Origin: Alphaproteobacteria bacterium
GTDB taxonomy: Bacteria > Pseudomonadota > Alphaproteobacteria > UBA7887
Reading direction: 5' to 3'
Assembly (NCBI GenBank): GCA_965216755.1
Contig: CBDCGL010000011.1
Coordinates: 64,001 to 128,000 of the forward strand
Length of the DNA: 64,000 nucleotides
Part shown: one piece after another, positions 8,926-19,197 of the stretch
Layout: each line of letters starts with the position of its first letter
Position numbering within the stretch: the stretch's first letter is position 1
Program-made: the position numbers and the translations under genes
The notes under the pieces: model-generated
What the model saw: the letters and a program-made list of their open reading frames with translations, nothing else
The model's database searches: none
What the model was told of the DNA's origin: nothing

Positions 8926-11223
8926 CTATTCTTGCCAGGCTGACAAGTCCAATCCTTGGAAGGTAATCGCTTCCAGAATGTTCGAGAAATCGTCGGTCCA
9001 GGGAGGCCCGCCGTTCGACTTAGGCAACGGCAACCACCGGTCGCTGAGATCCAGACGCTCGATCGTCTCGGGCCGGCGGGCAAGTAGCGCCCACATCGAT
9101 CCAGTCCCCAGGAAACGAGCTTCATTCGGATCATCGTAGTCCGTGCTGGGAATCCGCGCGGCCATCCGTGCACTGAGTCCCATGTCATCGGCCAACCGCG
9201 CCAGAGTTGGGCGCAGGTCCAAATGTCGGTTGCTGATGTTGAGCACCAAGACGCCGTCATTTTGCAGTTTGCGCATATAAAGGGAGAACGCCTCGCGGGT
9301 CATCAAGTGCAGAGGGATCGCGTCAGATGTGAAGGCATCCAACAGCAAGAAGTCGAAGTACTCGTCGCGTTCGCGGCCAAGCGTCAATCGCGCATCGCCA
9401 ATGATGATCGGCGACGTTGGCGCGCATTCCGGAACCAAACGGAAGTAGCGGCCGTCTTCGGCTATTTGCCCAACCAATGGGTCGATTTCGTACAAATGCC
9501 ACGTCTCTTCGGGGCGCCGATAGCAGGTGAAAGATCCAGCACCTAGGCCGACGACGCCGACTTTTCTGGTATCGGCCAGGTCTTGGCTGGCACGAATCAA
9601 TTCAACCAGAGGGCTTTCGGGCGTGTAGTAGGTCACCGGCTCGATGCTGCCGTCGGCTAATGTGCGCTGGCCGCCGTGATTTGTGGTGCCATGAGCAAAC
9701 AGTCGAAACTGGCTGTCTTCTGTCTCGATCACCTTGTATACGCCGAAGAACGAGCGACCGCGCCACAGAGTCCGGTCCTGGTCGACAAGGATGTGTCCCG
9801 CGAACAGAACAGCACCCAGGCCAAGAGCAAAGCCAAGCGGACGTTCCTTGCGCCCGAACGCCACGATTACGCCCAAGATCGTGGCCCCAGCCGTCACCGC
9901 GGCCGCGAGTTCCGGTCCCGCGGATCGGGTCAATAGGATGGCGATCGCCAGCAATCCGACCAATCCGCCCAAGATGGGCAAGTCCTTGCCGTCGATCAGC
10001 TTGCTCTTCATGGCTGGTAGCAGGGCACAGGCCGCAATCAAGGCAATTGGATATTCGTAGACGCCGTTGAAGACCACCGGCGCGATAATTGCGGTGAAGA
10101 CGCCGCCGATCATGCCCCCGATCGATATCGTCAAATAGAATGCTGTCAGCCAAGCCGGGGGTGGCCGATGTCGCGCGAGTTCGCCATGGCACATCAAGGC
10201 AGTCATGAAGAATACGACCGGATGCAGAACCAGCATCATGGCGGCGCTCATTTTCCATTGGAAAAAGAACACCAAAAAGACGAGCGCAAACGGAAAGACG
10301 CGAACGACCAAAGCGTGAGGCAGGATCGGTCGGCGGGCAAACACTATGACGAAGCTGAGCAGGTACAGCATTAATGGCACCACCCAGAACATGGGCGCCG
10401 CCGCGATATCGGTGGTGATGTGCCCGGTAACGCCCAACAGCAACGCCGAAGGTACTGCACTGTAAGCGAGCCACATGGCACGTTGGCGCCAGCTTGGTGC
10501 GCCAGCCGTAGCGGAGGCATTGGCTGTGGCGGGTTCAGTCTTGAGGCTTTGGTCCGGGCCCCTGCGCCGGATCATGGCGTAGCCGGCCACAGCGATCAGA
10601 CCGGCCAAGATCACATATCCAACGGTCCACGCGACCCCCTGTGTCCGGGCTGAAAGGGTCGGCTCAAGCAACAATGGAAAAGCGAGCAGCGCGAATACGC
10701 TCCCCAGATTGCTGGCCCCATACAAGAAATATGGATCGCCGGCATGGGGGTGGCGGGTTCTGGAAAACCAATGCTGCATCAACGGGGCGGTCGCCGAGAC
10801 AGCAAAGAACGGCGGTCCGATAGAGACAGCCAGCAAGCCAAGCAACCACGCGATCGGTATGGCCTCTGCCGGCGGCTCCCAACCGGCGTTCACCGCGACC
10901 GGCAATGACAAAAGGCCGAAACCGAGAACAATAATATGGGCGAAGACCTGCCTATCCGGCGGCAAGGCGCGGGCAACCCAGTGGGCATAAGCGTAGCCGC
11001 CGAGCAGCGCGGCCTGGAAGAATACCATCGCCGTATTCCAGACCGCTGGCGAGCCCCCCAAGAGTGGCAGGACCATCTTTGCGAACAGCGGTTGGACCCA
11101 AAACAGCAATCCGGCGCCAACGAACATGGTGACCACAAAAAGGGCCAGTATCCGCCGGTTCGAGAGTTGGTTCGTTTGGGATTCGTAGTCCTCTACGGCA
11201 ATGGAGTTGTCGGAGGGGGCCAT
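8926..11223 (-). CDS. Fused membrane domain / spermidine synthase-like SAM-dependent protein
   Basis: Many TM helices then RSFFGVY, HGTTNHG, VVGLGAG, YEIDP, GDAR, DAFTSDAIPLHL, WTDDFSN. Confidence 0.9.
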   Translation of the reverse strand: MAPSDNSIAVEDYESQTNQLSNRRILALFVVTMFVGAGLLFWVQPLFAKMVLPLLGGSPAVWNTAMVFFQAALLGGYAYAHWVARALPPDRQVFAHIIVLGFGLLSLPVAVNAGWEPPAEAIPIAWLLGLLAVSIGPPFFAVSATAPLMQHWFSRTRHPHAGDPYFLYGASNLGSVFALLAFPLLLEPTLSARTQGVAWTVGYVILAGLIAVAGYAMIRRRGPDQSLKTEPATANASATAGAPSWRQRAMWLAYSAVPSALLLGVTGHITTDIAAAPMFWVVPLMLYLLSFVIVFARRPILPHALVVRVFPFALVFLVFFFQWKMSAAMMLVLHPVVFFMTALMCHGELARHRPPPAWLTAFYLTISIGGMIGGVFTAIIAPVVFNGVYEYPIALIAACALLPAMKSKLIDGKDLPILGGLVGLLAIAILLTRSAGPELAAAVTAGATILGVIVAFGRKERPLGFALGLGAVLFAGHILVDQDRTLWRGRSFFGVYKVIETEDSQFRLFAHGTTNHGGQRTLADGSIEPVTYYTPESPLVELIRASQDLADTRKVGVVGLGAGSFTCYRRPEETWHLYEIDPLVGQIAEDGRYFRLVPECAPTSPIIIGDARLTLGRERDEYFDFLLLDAFTSDAIPLHLMTREAFSLYMRKLQNDGVLVLNISNRHLDLRPTLARLADDMGLSARMAARIPSTDYDDPNEARFLGTGSMWALLARRPETIERLDLSDRWLPLPKSNGGPPWTDDFSNILEAITFQGLDLSAWQE

Positions 11224-11378
11224 GGGCGTTCCTGCTCAGGTCTGCGTACGCAATTCCGACACCAAAGGCCGCGATCGTCGGGCGATGCGGTCCAGGGTCG
11301 ATCGCATAGTGAAATATGCCGATTTGCGGCACTTGCTATAGCGCGCGTCGCAGTGCGGCCGGGGACGTCTTGGTGGAT

Positions 11379-13004
11379 CTAACCGGGTCTTGTGCGTTTG
11401 AGCGACAATGCTGCGATCAGCGCTGAAATCCCGGCGCAGACGGCAACCAGGTACATGCTGGCGCGAAAGCCAATTCGAAACGATTCCGAAATGAGGTTCT
11501 GAACGAGAGCTAGGTCAGACGACGTAAGGCCTTCCGGAATTTGGATGCCGGCGAGTTCTTGCGTTTGAGCCAGGACAGCCTGGTTCAAACTCGCAGGAAG
11601 GGACAGGCCAGCAAGTCCGGTCGCGACCGCGTCCGCGAAATACGCCATGGTCAGTGGCCCTGCAACGGCCACGGCCACCAAGCCAGCCAATCGGCTTGCG
11701 GCGTTGTTAACGCCTGAGGCCACACCGGCGTCTCGGTCGGGAACCGCGTTCATGACGGCGGTCGTCAGCGGCGTGGCCGCAACCGTCATTCCAATCGCCA
11801 ACAGGAGAATTGGGGCAAAAACAGTGTTCCAATAGCTTCCAGCTGACGGGGCCAAGGCAAGGCCGACACTTGCCATGACGACCAAGAAAGCGCCGATTGT
11901 CAGCGGCCATCGCGGCCCGACGCGATCAGCCCAGCGGCCGACAACTCCAGAAAAGACGGCCATCACGGCGCCGAACGGCAGCAACGCCATGCCCGCAGCC
12001 GTGGCGGTGTAGCCGCGGATCTGTATGAGGTCGAATGGCAACAGGAACAGGATCCCGCTCAGCGTAAAATAGAGCAGAAACGTCACGACGTTTGCGGCGG
12101 TGAAATCGACGGATCGAAACAAGCGCGGTGGCGTCATTGGCGCGGTTGCCCGCATTTCCACGGCCAGATAGGCGATGAACAGCACCAAGCTGCCGACCAG
12201 CAGTGCCATGGACAAATACCCATCGACGTTTGCCTTGGGAAGGAGGCTCAGGCCGTATGTTAAGATTGCCAGCGCTAGAATGATAAGAACTGCACCGGCC
12301 CAATCTGGTCTGCCCCGCGCTTCTACATCGCGGCTTTCCGGAATAAAACGGACACTAAACCAAATCGTTAGAGCAGCTATCGGCAGATTCAACCAAAATG
12401 CCGCGCGCCACGAGAGAAGGTCGATCAAGGTTCCGCCAAGCAACGGGCCAAGCGCCGTCGTCATTGCCGCAAAGCCCGCCCACAATCCGATCGCTCGCCC
12501 GCGTTCTTGTTTTGGAAATGACGCCGCGATTATGGCCAGGCTTTGGGGAACCAGCAAAGCCGCGCCAATGCCCTGCAGTGCCCGTGCGGCGACCAAGCTT
12601 GAACTGGTTGGTGCGAGACCGCAAAACGCCGAAGCTGCCGCGAAAACGACCACGCCGGACACGAAAATTCGGCGCCGGCCCAGCCGGTCGCCGAGCCCGC
12701 CACCGACCAATACCAAGGCGCCTAAGAACAGCGTGTAGATGTTGACGATCCACTGAAGGTCGGAAAATGAGGCATCGATCGTGCGTTGAATCGATGGCAA
12801 TGCGATATGCACAACGGTGCCATCGATAAATGCCATCGATGAGCCAAGAATTGTCGCAACCAGGACGTAGGGGCGTGCCGAAACCGCGCAGGGCGCATCG
12901 GCGGGTCGCCTGCCGGCGATTGTGCCGTGCGGAAACAACGGCCGATGCACGGCGGGCATATCGCAAGTGCGCGGGCCTGGACCAAGAGGAGCCGGCCGTG
13001 TCAT
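11379..13004 (-). CDS. MFS transporter, DHA2 (14-TMS) family
   Basis: SSMAFIDGTVV, GGLGDRLGRRR motif A, GPLLGG motif C; AAGGA RBS before ATG 13004. Confidence 0.92.
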   Translation of the reverse strand: MTRPAPLGPGPRTCDMPAVHRPLFPHGTIAGRRPADAPCAVSARPYVLVATILGSSMAFIDGTVVHIALPSIQRTIDASFSDLQWIVNIYTLFLGALVLVGGGLGDRLGRRRIFVSGVVVFAAASAFCGLAPTSSSLVAARALQGIGAALLVPQSLAIIAASFPKQERGRAIGLWAGFAAMTTALGPLLGGTLIDLLSWRAAFWLNLPIAALTIWFSVRFIPESRDVEARGRPDWAGAVLIILALAILTYGLSLLPKANVDGYLSMALLVGSLVLFIAYLAVEMRATAPMTPPRLFRSVDFTAANVVTFLLYFTLSGILFLLPFDLIQIRGYTATAAGMALLPFGAVMAVFSGVVGRWADRVGPRWPLTIGAFLVVMASVGLALAPSAGSYWNTVFAPILLLAIGMTVAATPLTTAVMNAVPDRDAGVASGVNNAASRLAGLVAVAVAGPLTMAYFADAVATGLAGLSLPASLNQAVLAQTQELAGIQIPEGLTSSDLALVQNLISESFRIGFRASMYLVAVCAGISALIAALSLKRTRPG

Positions 13005-13142
13005 CGACGGATTCCTTTCAAGGCGTTGCGAAATGGGCAAGGTTCGGCAGCGCGCTCGTCGCGCCATACGACCCTAGACTTTGCCCGAGCGCCCCGCCTA
13101 TCCTAGCGGTCGTGCGCGACTATGTGAGCTTTGGAAGATGAT

Positions 13143-13538
13143 ATGCGAGCGATGAAAACAGTAGTCAGCATGTCGGCGATTCTGACGCTGACGGCGTTCA
13201 TGTCGGCCGCCATTAATAGTCCTTGGGTGCCTCACGTCGCGTGGGCGCAAGACACCGAGTTGGGTACCGAGGCGCAGCCAAGGAGCACTGCGCGTCCTCC
13301 CAGGGTACTCGAATTGGTAATTTTCAGGCTGACTGGCAATTATTGCGATCCTTGTGAACTGGATGTTCGGGACGCTATCGCTGACGTGTTCGGCGTGGAC
13401 ACGGTGATGATGCAGCGGCAAGACGGCCCCGACGAGCCATTGTTGGCTGTGCGTTTCGACCGCAACTTGGTGAACGCACAGGCACTGCTGGAGGTCGCGG
13501 AGGCCACCGGTTACACCGTATCCGTAATTGAGCGCTGA
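13143..13538 (+). CDS. Exported heavy-metal-associated (HMA)-like domain protein
   Basis: Signal peptide, LTGNYCDPC...V..A..DVFGV, C-terminal LLEVAEATGYTV pattern of the HMA fold. Confidence 0.65.
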   Translation: MRAMKTVVSMSAILTLTAFMSAAINSPWVPHVAWAQDTELGTEAQPRSTARPPRVLELVIFRLTGNYCDPCELDVRDAIADVFGVDTVMMQRQDGPDEPLLAVRFDRNLVNAQALLEVAEATGYTVSVIER

Positions 13539-13718
13539 CAGCGGCCGACATCCAACGCGTTGATCGAATCACGTCCCATGGGCATGGCCAGTTCGCCACC
13601 GTAACTGTGATTGATGTGCCGCACGCATTCGCCACAACTACCGACACGAGTTTGGAACTCAGCGATGCGCTATGATGCTTAAAGACTTTGGCAGATATCG
13701 AGGGGTGACGGGCTCGCG

Positions 13719-14087
13719 ATGCGCATGGTTCATGTCAGCTTGTTGCTGAAGATCGCCACGATCACAAGTTCCTCGGGCATTACGTACGCGTGTGATGATC
13801 CCTTGGATCAGAATATTGAGAAGGTGGAACAGCAATGGCCGCTCGTCGATCCCTGGACCTATCCGCAAGATTGGGTTGAATATTTCGTATTGGGGTACAA
13901 CGCGCAACCTGATCGTGGCGACGACGTGATGGCGGACACGTCGATTGCATTTCCGATGGATGAGCAGTACTCGACTCGGTATTTCATCGCCGGCCTTGAC
14001 GGGTGTATGTCGTTTTGGATCGATCTCAATCCCAACAGGGCTTACCACCTCGTGGAACTTGGCCATGCGATAGGAGAGGGTCGGTAG
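13719..14087 (+). CDS. Hypothetical, possibly secreted protein
   Basis: GAGGGG RBS-like sequence upstream, acidic/aromatic composition, fills the gap; no recognised family. Confidence 0.5.
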   Translation: MRMVHVSLLLKIATITSSSGITYACDDPLDQNIEKVEQQWPLVDPWTYPQDWVEYFVLGYNAQPDRGDDVMADTSIAFPMDEQYSTRYFIAGLDGCMSFWIDLNPNRAYHLVELGHAIGEGR

Positions 14088-14218
14088 ATTGACTGTGGCC
14101 ATTGATCTCAAATCGGCCACGCTTGAAAGTGACATCGGCAAAATGCGAGTACTAATTGTCACCCGGCATCTATCCCGGCGCCGTGCGCGTGTGTTGTTTA
14201 GGAACGAAGGTCGCTGCC

Positions 14219-15910
14219 ATGGCATCCGACAATCGTAGAAAACACCCCGGCAAGGGTCGGGTTCCCGGACGGTACGAAGGGCGCGGTCGACAAGTTGATC
14301 CTGCGGCGCGCGATGAGGTCCGCGCGGTTCTTGGTCATCGCGCACGGGCACGCGAACTATTGATTGAGCATCTGCATCTCATTCAGGATCACTATCATGG
14401 CATTTCTGCCCGCCATATCGCTGCCCTCGCCGAAGAAATGCGCCTCTCGCAGGCCGAGGTTTACGAGGTGGCGACCTTCTACGCCCATTTCGACGTAGTC
14501 GCCGACGGCGAAGCCTACCCGCCGCCACTGACGATACGGGTGTGTGACAGCGTGGCTTGTGCGATGCAAAATGCGGACACCCTTTATGCTGAGTTGCTGG
14601 CGAGTGTTGACGACGACGTGCGCGTCGTCACGGCACCGTGTATGGGGCGATGCCAATCGGCCCCGGCCGCGATGGTTGGCCAGCGGGCCGTTGATCACGC
14701 GACGACTGAGGCAACTACCACATTGTTCGATGCAGGTCAGTTTCAGGCAGAGATACCCGACTATGAAAACCTGGCAGCATACCGTGAACGGGGCGGATAC
14801 AAGTTGTTGGACGCGTGCCTCCATGACCGTCACACGCGAGACGGCGTCATCGATACAATCGATGCTGCGGGACTGCGGGGAATGGGCGGGGCAGGTTTTC
14901 CCTGCGGCCGTAAGTGGCGGTTGGTACGTGACCATCCTGAACCACGATTCATGGCGGTAAATGCCGACGAAGGCGAACCGGGGACGTTTAAGGACCGCTA
15001 CTTTCTCGAATCGTGTCCGCATCGCGTATTAGAGGGTATGCTAATCGCCGCCTGGGCAATAGATGCGTGTGAGATATACTTTTACTTGCGTGACGAATAC
15101 CCGGCTGTGCGCCACATTCTTCAAAGGGAAATCCAAGCACTTCTGGATGCGGGCCTTACCCATGGCTTCAACATACATCTACGGCGCGGCGCTGGCGCAT
15201 ATATCTGTGGCGAAGAGTCCGCCATGCTGGAGAGTATCGAAGGTAAACGGGGTGAACCGCGGCACAAACCGCCGTATCCGGCCGAAGTCGGGCTGTTCGG
15301 CCGGCCAACGCTGATCCACAATGTTGAGACATTGTTCTGGGTCCCGGAAATATTGGAACGAGGCGTTGAATGGTATGCGGACCAGGGGCGGCGCGGGGCC
15401 AAGGGGCCGCGCGCGTTTTCTGTTTCGGGTCGGGTACGCGATCCGGGCGTGAAGATTGCGCCATCCGGCATCACCGTACGGGAGCTGATCGACGAACACT
15501 GTGGCGGAATGGCGGACGGCCACACGTTCAAAGGGTACTTGCCGGGCGGCGCCTCCGGCGGAATTCTGCCGGCGTCCATGGACGATCTCGCTCTGGACTT
15601 TGGCACTCTGGACGCTCATGGCTGTTTTATCGGTTCCGCAGCCGTCGTAGTTCTGAGCGATCAGGACGATATCCGAGCAATTGCTCAGAATCTGGTGCGC
15701 TTTTTTGAACATGAGAGTTGCGGTCAGTGCACGCCGTGTCGCGTGGGCACGGAGAAAGCAGCGGCACTCATGGTACACGCGAAGTGGGATGAACCATTGC
15801 TGAACGAACTATGTGCCGCGATGGCCGACGCGTCAATTTGCGGACTGGGATTTGCTGCGCCCAACCCATTGCTGAGTGCGTTCAGATATTTTCGCGAGGA
15901 TCTAGGTTGA
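14219..15910 (+). CDS. NAD-dependent formate dehydrogenase beta subunit (NuoE+NuoF-like fusion, Fdh1B-type)
   Basis: EVATFY, CDSVAC...CMGRC 2Fe-2S, GMGGAGFP, NADEGEPGTFKDR, YICGEESA, CGQCTPCRVG...C. Confidence 0.93.
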   Translation: MASDNRRKHPGKGRVPGRYEGRGRQVDPAARDEVRAVLGHRARARELLIEHLHLIQDHYHGISARHIAALAEEMRLSQAEVYEVATFYAHFDVVADGEAYPPPLTIRVCDSVACAMQNADTLYAELLASVDDDVRVVTAPCMGRCQSAPAAMVGQRAVDHATTEATTTLFDAGQFQAEIPDYENLAAYRERGGYKLLDACLHDRHTRDGVIDTIDAAGLRGMGGAGFPCGRKWRLVRDHPEPRFMAVNADEGEPGTFKDRYFLESCPHRVLEGMLIAAWAIDACEIYFYLRDEYPAVRHILQREIQALLDAGLTHGFNIHLRRGAGAYICGEESAMLESIEGKRGEPRHKPPYPAEVGLFGRPTLIHNVETLFWVPEILERGVEWYADQGRRGAKGPRAFSVSGRVRDPGVKIAPSGITVRELIDEHCGGMADGHTFKGYLPGGASGGILPASMDDLALDFGTLDAHGCFIGSAAVVVLSDQDDIRAIAQNLVRFFEHESCGQCTPCRVGTEKAAALMVHAKWDEPLLNELCAAMADASICGLGFAAPNPLLSAFRYFREDLG

Positions 15911-18651
15911 TGACGGCGCCGATTGCCTTTTCGTTGGATGGACAAGACGTCGCGGCGGCACCCGGTGAGACGATTTTTCAAGTTGCGAAGCGTATCGGCA
16001 TCACATTGCCGTATATTTGCTACACGTCGCAGCCAACCTATCGCGCCGCGGGCAATTGCCGTGTTTGTATGGTTGAGGTCGAGGGCGAGCGGGCATTGGT
16101 CGCGTCCTGCATCCGGACGCCGCGGCCCGGCATGGTTGTGCGGTCCGGGACCAGTCGTGCTGTCAAAGCACGCAGCACCGTCATGGAGCTTTTATTAGCC
16201 GACCAACCGCCGCGGAACGAGGCCCATGATCCAAAATCGGCGTTTTGGCAGTGGGCCGACCATATGGGGCAATCCGAGTCCCGTTACCCGGCGCGCCAAG
16301 GGCCTGTGGCCGATCGTAGTCATCCCGCCATAGCAGTGAACTTAGATGCTTGCATTCACTGTACGCGCTGTGTACGCGCTTGTCGCGAGGTTCAGGTCAA
16401 CGATGTGATCGGCATGGCGGGTCGCGGCGCCGGCAATTCAATCGTTTTCGATCAAGCGGACACGATGGCGGCGTCGAGTTGTGTGGCATGCGGTGAATGC
16501 GTCGAGACTTGTCCGACCGGTGCATTGCTTCCGGCATCGCGAAACGGCGTGGCGAGTAACATAAGGGCCATTGACAGCTTGTGTCCCTACTGCGGCGTGG
16601 GTTGTGCGCTGACGTTCCACGTGAGCGATGATCGCATTACAGAAGTGGCTGGGCGCGATGGTCCCGCAAATCGCGGCCGCTTATGTGTCAAGGGGCGCTA
16701 TGGCTTCGACTATGTGCATCACGCGCATCGGCTGCGTGTACCACTGATCCGGAAGCCAAATGTGCCGAAATCGGCCGTTGATTACGTCGATCCATCCAAT
16801 CCATCGAGTCATTTCCGCGAGGCCAGCTGGGAGGAGGCGCTGGACCATGCCGCTGATGGGCTGAAGAGAATTCGCGATCAGCATGGCGGGCAGGCTTTGG
16901 CGGGATTTGGCTCGGCCAAGGGCTCGAACGAAGAAGCCTATCTTGTACAAAAAATGGTGCGGACTGCTTTCGGCAACAACAATGTTGATCATTGTACGCG
17001 ATTGTGCCACGCCAGTTCGGTGGCTGCGCTCATGGAGACGATCGGGTCGGGGGCTGTAACGGCGCCATTCGCCGAATGTGTAAATGCCGATGTGCTCATG
17101 GTTGTTGGCGCAAACCCAACGGAAAACCATCCCGTCGCGGCGACGTTTTTCAAGAATGCTGTGCGAGATGGTGCCAAGCTTATTGTTATGGATCCCAGAG
17201 GCCAGGCATTGAAACGGCACGCAGCTCATATGCTGCAACATCGGCCCGGCAGCGATGTGGCCGTGCTCAACGCAATCATGCATGTGCTTGTGGAAGAGGG
17301 CTTATACGATCGTCAGTATGTCCAAGCGCATACAGACAATTTCGAAAACTTGCGCAGGCATCTGAAGGACTATTCGCCCGCAGAAATGGCACCGATCTGT
17401 GGCGTCTCGGCCGACTCGTTGTGCACGGTTGCGCGATTGATCGGTCGCGCAAAGTCAGCGATGATTTTTTGGGGGATGGGTGTCTCGCAACATGTTCACG
17501 GCACCGACAACGCACGTTGTCTGATTTCGCTGGCTTTGATGACCGGTCAAGTGGGCCGTGCAGGCACCGGGTTGCATCCACTGCGCGGCCAGAACAACGT
17601 GCAAGGTGCCTCCGACGCCGGGCTGATCCCGATGGTTTATCCCGACTACAAACCGACGGCGAGCGATCAAGCCCGGGCGTTTTTTGAGGACTATTGGGGC
17701 ACGAAACTGAGCGCGGAAACCGGTTTGACCGTTGTTGAGATTGCCGATGCGGCGTACGACGAGGTCATCAAAGGCATCTACGTAATGGGTGAGAACCCGG
17801 CCATGTCGGATCCCAACGCCGGTCATGTGCGTGCCGCCCTGGCAAAACTTGAGCATTTGGTGGTTCAGGACATATTTCTGACCGAGACAGCCATGCATGC
17901 CGATGTCATCTTGCCAGCGTCCGCGTTTCCTGAAAAAGATGGCAGTTTCACCAATACAGACCGCCGAGTCCAACGCGGCCGCAAGGCGATTGAGCCGCCG
18001 GGCGACGCGCGGCAAGACTGGTGGATTATCCAAGAGATCGCACGCCGTCTCGGTTCGGATTGGGACTATTCCGGCCCCGGCGACATATTCGAGGAAATGC
18101 GCGGGTGTATGCCCTCGATCAAAGGTATTTCATGGGCGCGCCTGGATCGTGAAGGGGCCATCACCTATCCGTGCGATGACGAGAATGCGCCGGGGCACGA
18201 AGTCATCTTTGGCGACGGATTTCCGACGCCCGATGGGCGCGGCCAGTTTGTGCCGGCGGCGATTGTGCCGCCGGATGAAGAGCCAGACGATCAGTATCCG
18301 ATGATACTGACGACGGGCCGGCATTTGGAGCACTGGCACACGGGCGTCATGACCAGGCGTACGGAAGTGCTGGACCAGCTCGAACCCGAAGCCCTATGTG
18401 AGCTATCTCCTGGCGATCTGGATCGACTTGGCTTGGCGCCTGGCGACTGGGTCAAGGTTTCGTCGCGACGTGGCGATGTGACATTGCGGACGCGCCGTGC
18501 GTCCAGCACGCCGGATGGCGTCATTTTCATTCCATTCTGCTATGCTGAGGCTGCCGCCAACCTTCTCACCAACCCAAAGCTGGACCCGTTCGGCAAGATC
18601 CCTGAGCTAAAATATTGTGCGGTGCGCGTGGAAAAGGTGGTGGACGCATAA
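15910..18651 (+). CDS. fdhF: NAD-dependent formate dehydrogenase alpha subunit (Mo/W-bisPGD, Fdh1A/FdhF-type)
   Basis: N-terminal Fe-S domains, CPYCGVGC, RLCHASS (Cys ligand plus His), LRGQNNVQG, TTGR..HWH, PELKYCAV; start overlaps the beta subunit stop. Confidence 0.95.
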   Translation: MTAPIAFSLDGQDVAAAPGETIFQVAKRIGITLPYICYTSQPTYRAAGNCRVCMVEVEGERALVASCIRTPRPGMVVRSGTSRAVKARSTVMELLLADQPPRNEAHDPKSAFWQWADHMGQSESRYPARQGPVADRSHPAIAVNLDACIHCTRCVRACREVQVNDVIGMAGRGAGNSIVFDQADTMAASSCVACGECVETCPTGALLPASRNGVASNIRAIDSLCPYCGVGCALTFHVSDDRITEVAGRDGPANRGRLCVKGRYGFDYVHHAHRLRVPLIRKPNVPKSAVDYVDPSNPSSHFREASWEEALDHAADGLKRIRDQHGGQALAGFGSAKGSNEEAYLVQKMVRTAFGNNNVDHCTRLCHASSVAALMETIGSGAVTAPFAECVNADVLMVVGANPTENHPVAATFFKNAVRDGAKLIVMDPRGQALKRHAAHMLQHRPGSDVAVLNAIMHVLVEEGLYDRQYVQAHTDNFENLRRHLKDYSPAEMAPICGVSADSLCTVARLIGRAKSAMIFWGMGVSQHVHGTDNARCLISLALMTGQVGRAGTGLHPLRGQNNVQGASDAGLIPMVYPDYKPTASDQARAFFEDYWGTKLSAETGLTVVEIADAAYDEVIKGIYVMGENPAMSDPNAGHVRAALAKLEHLVVQDIFLTETAMHADVILPASAFPEKDGSFTNTDRRVQRGRKAIEPPGDARQDWWIIQEIARRLGSDWDYSGPGDIFEEMRGCMPSIKGISWARLDREGAITYPCDDENAPGHEVIFGDGFPTPDGRGQFVPAAIVPPDEEPDDQYPMILTTGRHLEHWHTGVMTRRTEVLDQLEPEALCELSPGDLDRLGLAPGDWVKVSSRRGDVTLRTRRASSTPDGVIFIPFCYAEAAANLLTNPKLDPFGKIPELKYCAVRVEKVVDA

Positions 18652-18738
18652 TATGCGCGCAACGTCAGTGTGCCGACATGCCGCACGGTTTGGTGCAAGC
18701 GAATGTTGCGTACGGAGCGGAGCCGTCACACTTCGAAT

Positions 18739-19113
18739 TCACGTGTCTTCGTCACACGGATAAAGTTCCTGCAAGGCAAATGTTAGGGTGACAGTTATAG
18801 ACGTTGTCTCGGGGATGTCGGGATAGCGCCTGAGATAGTCAATCATGTTATCGAGCATCAATGACGGTTCGATTGCTGGTTCGGCGGGCGTGCAGAAGAG
18901 TGGCTTGCTTGCCCTGCGCTTAAGGAACATGTTGGCGCTTTCCAAGCCGTTTAGCGCGCCCCGCAGGTAAACCAGCAGCAGCGCTTCTTTCTCGACATCG
19001 CCACTTGTCGCCATCTCTAGGAACAGCGCTTTGTCCATATGCTGGGCGTGGGCGGCCGCCGCGTTGCATGCAAGAGCTGTTGCGATGGCGGCGAGAAGGC
19101 GCAAGGGAGTCAT
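18739..19113 (-). CDS. Secreted Rap1a/Tai immunity-like family protein
   Basis: Signal peptide, YLRG, FCTP, YL..YP, ALQELYPC C-terminal motif. Confidence 0.65.
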   Translation of the reverse strand: MTPLRLLAAIATALACNAAAAHAQHMDKALFLEMATSGDVEKEALLLVYLRGALNGLESANMFLKRRASKPLFCTPAEPAIEPSLMLDNMIDYLRRYPDIPETTSITVTLTFALQELYPCDEDT

Positions 19114-19197
19114 GAATCTCCGAATAGACCGATTATCGACAAATCCAATTGTTAGGATATCGGTCTTACCGCCGCGCTGTGCAAGGCAGCCGGCAAA

